From an uncultured Spirochaetota bacterium (GTDB taxonomy: Bacteria > Spirochaetota > Brevinematia > Brevinematales > JAOACQ01): a stretch of 64,000 bases of DNA. The translations under genes and the position numbers were made by a program. The notes beneath the pieces are model-generated. The model did no database searches. It worked only from the letters and a program-made list of their open reading frames with translations, and had not been told where the DNA came from. Below, in pieces: positions 61,511 through 64,000 of this stretch. The DNA lies in contig CAWIGG010000002.1 in the NCBI GenBank assembly GCA_963835575.1, positions 1,312,001 to 1,376,000 of the forward strand, read 5' to 3'. The stretch's first letter is position 1; every line of letters starts with the position of its first letter.

Positions 61511-64000
61511 ATGAAAGATTTTAATTTGATCAAGGATGATTTTTACAAAAACAATTTGTTTAAAAATATTTCCAAACAGAAGGAAATACCGGTCCTCATC
61601 CTTTTTAAACACAAACAGTACAATGCAAGGATGCTCTTTGATTATAAAAAGGGAAACAATCCTTATTTAAACAGCAATAGTGAAATAATCCCGTTTTCAA
61701 ACGGTGAAAAAATACAAATATCGTTTTTTTATAAAGACATCTTTTTTACTTTTGAGACAGCTATTATTGATTCATCCGAAAGCACTTATCATATTCAGAT
61801 GCCTTCCATGATCCATACTTCATCTAAAAGAATGATCAGCCGCTATACATTCGATGAAACTGTAAATAATTCTGTTTCTTTTCCAAACCGTCCTGAATTA
61901 TTCAAGTTAATTGATATCAGTACCGGCGGTATTTCCTTTATTTCAGAGGAAAAATTTCTCCATAAAAATGAAATCGTCAGAAACATATTGATCAAAATAA
62001 ATGATGACCTTGAGGTTTATACTGACGCGGCCGTGGTACACATTAAAACGATTAAAAGCGAATTAATTTACGGATTGACTTTTCATCAGATGGATTGGCC
62101 GGCCTACAGGAAAATCTTTGCCTTTATTTTCAATAAAAAATATCCTAATTTAAAGCTTTTAAGCGAGTTTTCAAATGATGAGGTAATTCATCTCTATGAA
62201 GAATCCCGCCATATCAGCCTGAAATCGAAGGATGAAGCCGATCAATCCTTTTTTAATATAGTCCGGAACCTTGCCAAAATAAAAAACAATCCCATGCTCG
62301 CGTTCAACCTGGTGTATCAAAAAAGCGGTAAACTGCTCACGATCGGCTCCTCTATCAGAATCTATAACCGGAGTTTTTTAGGCCAGCCGCTCCTCACCGC
62401 TCCGGGCGTTACTCTCAATCCCAGGGCAAAAACCGATGTCTATATCGGATTGGCGGACTTCATACTGAGCCATCCCTATTTTAGATATTATATTACCTAT
62501 ATAATCAGGGATTATGAATGGCATCACGATATTTTTAAAAACATGAACGGATTGATCCATAACCGCGGCAAATTCATTTTTGATGAATTACAGCTATTTG
62601 AATGCGATATGGATAAGATGGAATTACCGGACCAATCCGCGGATTTTGAAGCCGAAGTTCTGGACAATCCGGAAGAATTTATCCGTTATTGCGAAGAGAA
62701 AATGCCGGTCCTGGAAGTTCAAAGTTATAACTATGATATTGATAATTTTGATCTTGAAGCGACAAGCCAGATATACCAGATCCTGGATTTTTATCTGACA
62801 AGAAGATTATGGAGGATCAAAAAAAATAACCGAACGACAGCTTTTGCCGTGGCTGAATCATTTCAGAATGATATTACAATCAATAATATAATGGATTCCT
62901 GCAAATTATATTTTATAGAAGGCATCGAGGACATTCAAGAGGTATTAAAAACCGTACTGCCGGTTGTTTCACAGTTCTACAGTCATTATCAAAAAAGAAT
63001 TTTTAATATCATGTTTAAAATACAAAAGAAAGTAATACAGCCGGTTGAACTGCCCGGATTATATAATAAAGGTCCTCTCAGCAGAGTGTTAATGAACAGG
63101 GATGGTCTCTCTCTCTATAAAAACCTGATGAAGGCTAATTTTGAGTATTACACAAAGTATTACCCTCTCAGCCATCCCCAGAAAGGGATCTGGTATATCG
63201 AAAAAATGTATCCGAATACCAGTATCGGGAATATTGCCGGGACAATAAGATTCAAAAGTAATTTTGATTTCAGCATAATAGAAAAAGCTCTTAATATTGC
63301 GATTGAAAAAAACGATGCTTTACGTCTCAGAATAACAGGAGAAGAAGGAGAACCAAAGCAGTATATAGCGGATTATCAATATAAAAGCTTTACCGTTCAT
63401 GATTTCTGTGATAAAGATAAGAGCGAACTTTATCAATGGGAAGATGAAATGACTAAAATCCCATTTGATTTAATCAATTCGGATTTATTTTATTTCGCAC
63501 TGATTAAAATCAGTCAGACCGAGGTTGGTATTTATGCAAAATTTCATCATTTAATCGCCGATGCATGGACAATTATGCTCCTGGCGGAACAGGTTTTCGG
63601 TTATTGTACCAGATTATTAAATAAAGAAGAGATATCACAGGATAATATGCCTTCTTATATTGATTATATTTTAAAAGAGGAAGAATATAAATATTCAAAA
63701 GTATTTGAGGACGATAAAAAATTCTGGAATGAGAAATTCGCATCAATTCCGGAAGGCATGCACTTTAAACCGAGAAGTACATATTTTACAAGCACAGAGG
63801 CTGTGCGAAAAACATTTATTATTCCAAGTAATTTAGCTAATAATATCTATCATTACTGCAAAAAAACCAATATCTCTGTTCAAACTCTTTTTTTGTCCAT
63901 TCTCATAGTATATATAAGCCGCGTGACTATGAAAAACGACATTTCAATCGGCACTCCTGTATTAAACCGTTCCAGCGCAAAGGACAAAGAGACCGCCGGC
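61511..64000 (+). CDS. NRPS-like protein (partial, >830 aa): PilZ domain, unknown domain, starter condensation domain
   Basis: Hand translation is open from ATG 61511 (TAAGGA RBS) to the window end. RMISR and DISTGG are PilZ motifs. YPLSHPQKGIWY, HHLIADAW, DKKFW and IGTPVLNR are condensation-domain motifs. Confidence 0.88.
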   Translation, partial: MKDFNLIKDDFYKNNLFKNISKQKEIPVLILFKHKQYNARMLFDYKKGNNPYLNSNSEIIPFSNGEKIQISFFYKDIFFTFETAIIDSSESTYHIQMPSMIHTSSKRMISRYTFDETVNNSVSFPNRPELFKLIDISTGGISFISEEKFLHKNEIVRNILIKINDDLEVYTDAAVVHIKTIKSELIYGLTFHQMDWPAYRKIFAFIFNKKYPNLKLLSEFSNDEVIHLYEESRHISLKSKDEADQSFFNIVRNLAKIKNNPMLAFNLVYQKSGKLLTIGSSIRIYNRSFLGQPLLTAPGVTLNPRAKTDVYIGLADFILSHPYFRYYITYIIRDYEWHHDIFKNMNGLIHNRGKFIFDELQLFECDMDKMELPDQSADFEAEVLDNPEEFIRYCEEKMPVLEVQSYNYDIDNFDLEATSQIYQILDFYLTRRLWRIKKNNRTTAFAVAESFQNDITINNIMDSCKLYFIEGIEDIQEVLKTVLPVVSQFYSHYQKRIFNIMFKIQKKVIQPVELPGLYNKGPLSRVLMNRDGLSLYKNLMKANFEYYTKYYPLSHPQKGIWYIEKMYPNTSIGNIAGTIRFKSNFDFSIIEKALNIAIEKNDALRLRITGEEGEPKQYIADYQYKSFTVHDFCDKDKSELYQWEDEMTKIPFDLINSDLFYFALIKISQTEVGIYAKFHHLIADAWTIMLLAEQVFGYCTRLLNKEEISQDNMPSYIDYILKEEEYKYSKVFEDDKKFWNEKFASIPEGMHFKPRSTYFTSTEAVRKTFIIPSNLANNIYHYCKKTNISVQTLFLSILIVYISRVTMKNDISIGTPVLNRSSAKDKETAG

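Noticed and set aside
62378..62798. Short ORFs 62378-62560 and 62580-62798
   Set aside because: They lie within the long open frame starting at 61511.

Overview
A 64-kb bacterial chromosomal window, probably from an anaerobic spirochaete (inferred from the spirochaete-style FliD and lipoprotein signal peptides; not certain). The housekeeping backbone includes fliD, glnS/gltX, hisC, pcm, fhs, an Mla/MCE operon, a sugar ABC importer and Fe-S proteins. It is interrupted by a decaying ~16-kb signal-transduction island (17.6-33.7 kb), five IS elements or remnants (two IS1380, IS66, IS256, IS110), two PIN toxin-antitoxin pairs and several families of nested palindromic repeats. The most striking feature is missing from the ORF track because it has no stop codon in the window: an ORF from 61511 to beyond 64000 that fuses an N-terminal PilZ (c-di-GMP-binding) domain and an unknown ~330-aa domain to a surfactin-type starter condensation domain, i.e. 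a candidate c-di-GMP-gated lipopeptide NRPS. Also notable are a HypC-like chaperone fused to a HydE-like radical SAM enzyme, and a perfect TTGACA-N17-TATAAT promoter inside an IS1380 end pointing at a REC-GGDEF-EAL gene. Several frameshifts lie in homopolymers and may be sequencing errors. No rRNA, tRNA or CRISPR array was recognised.
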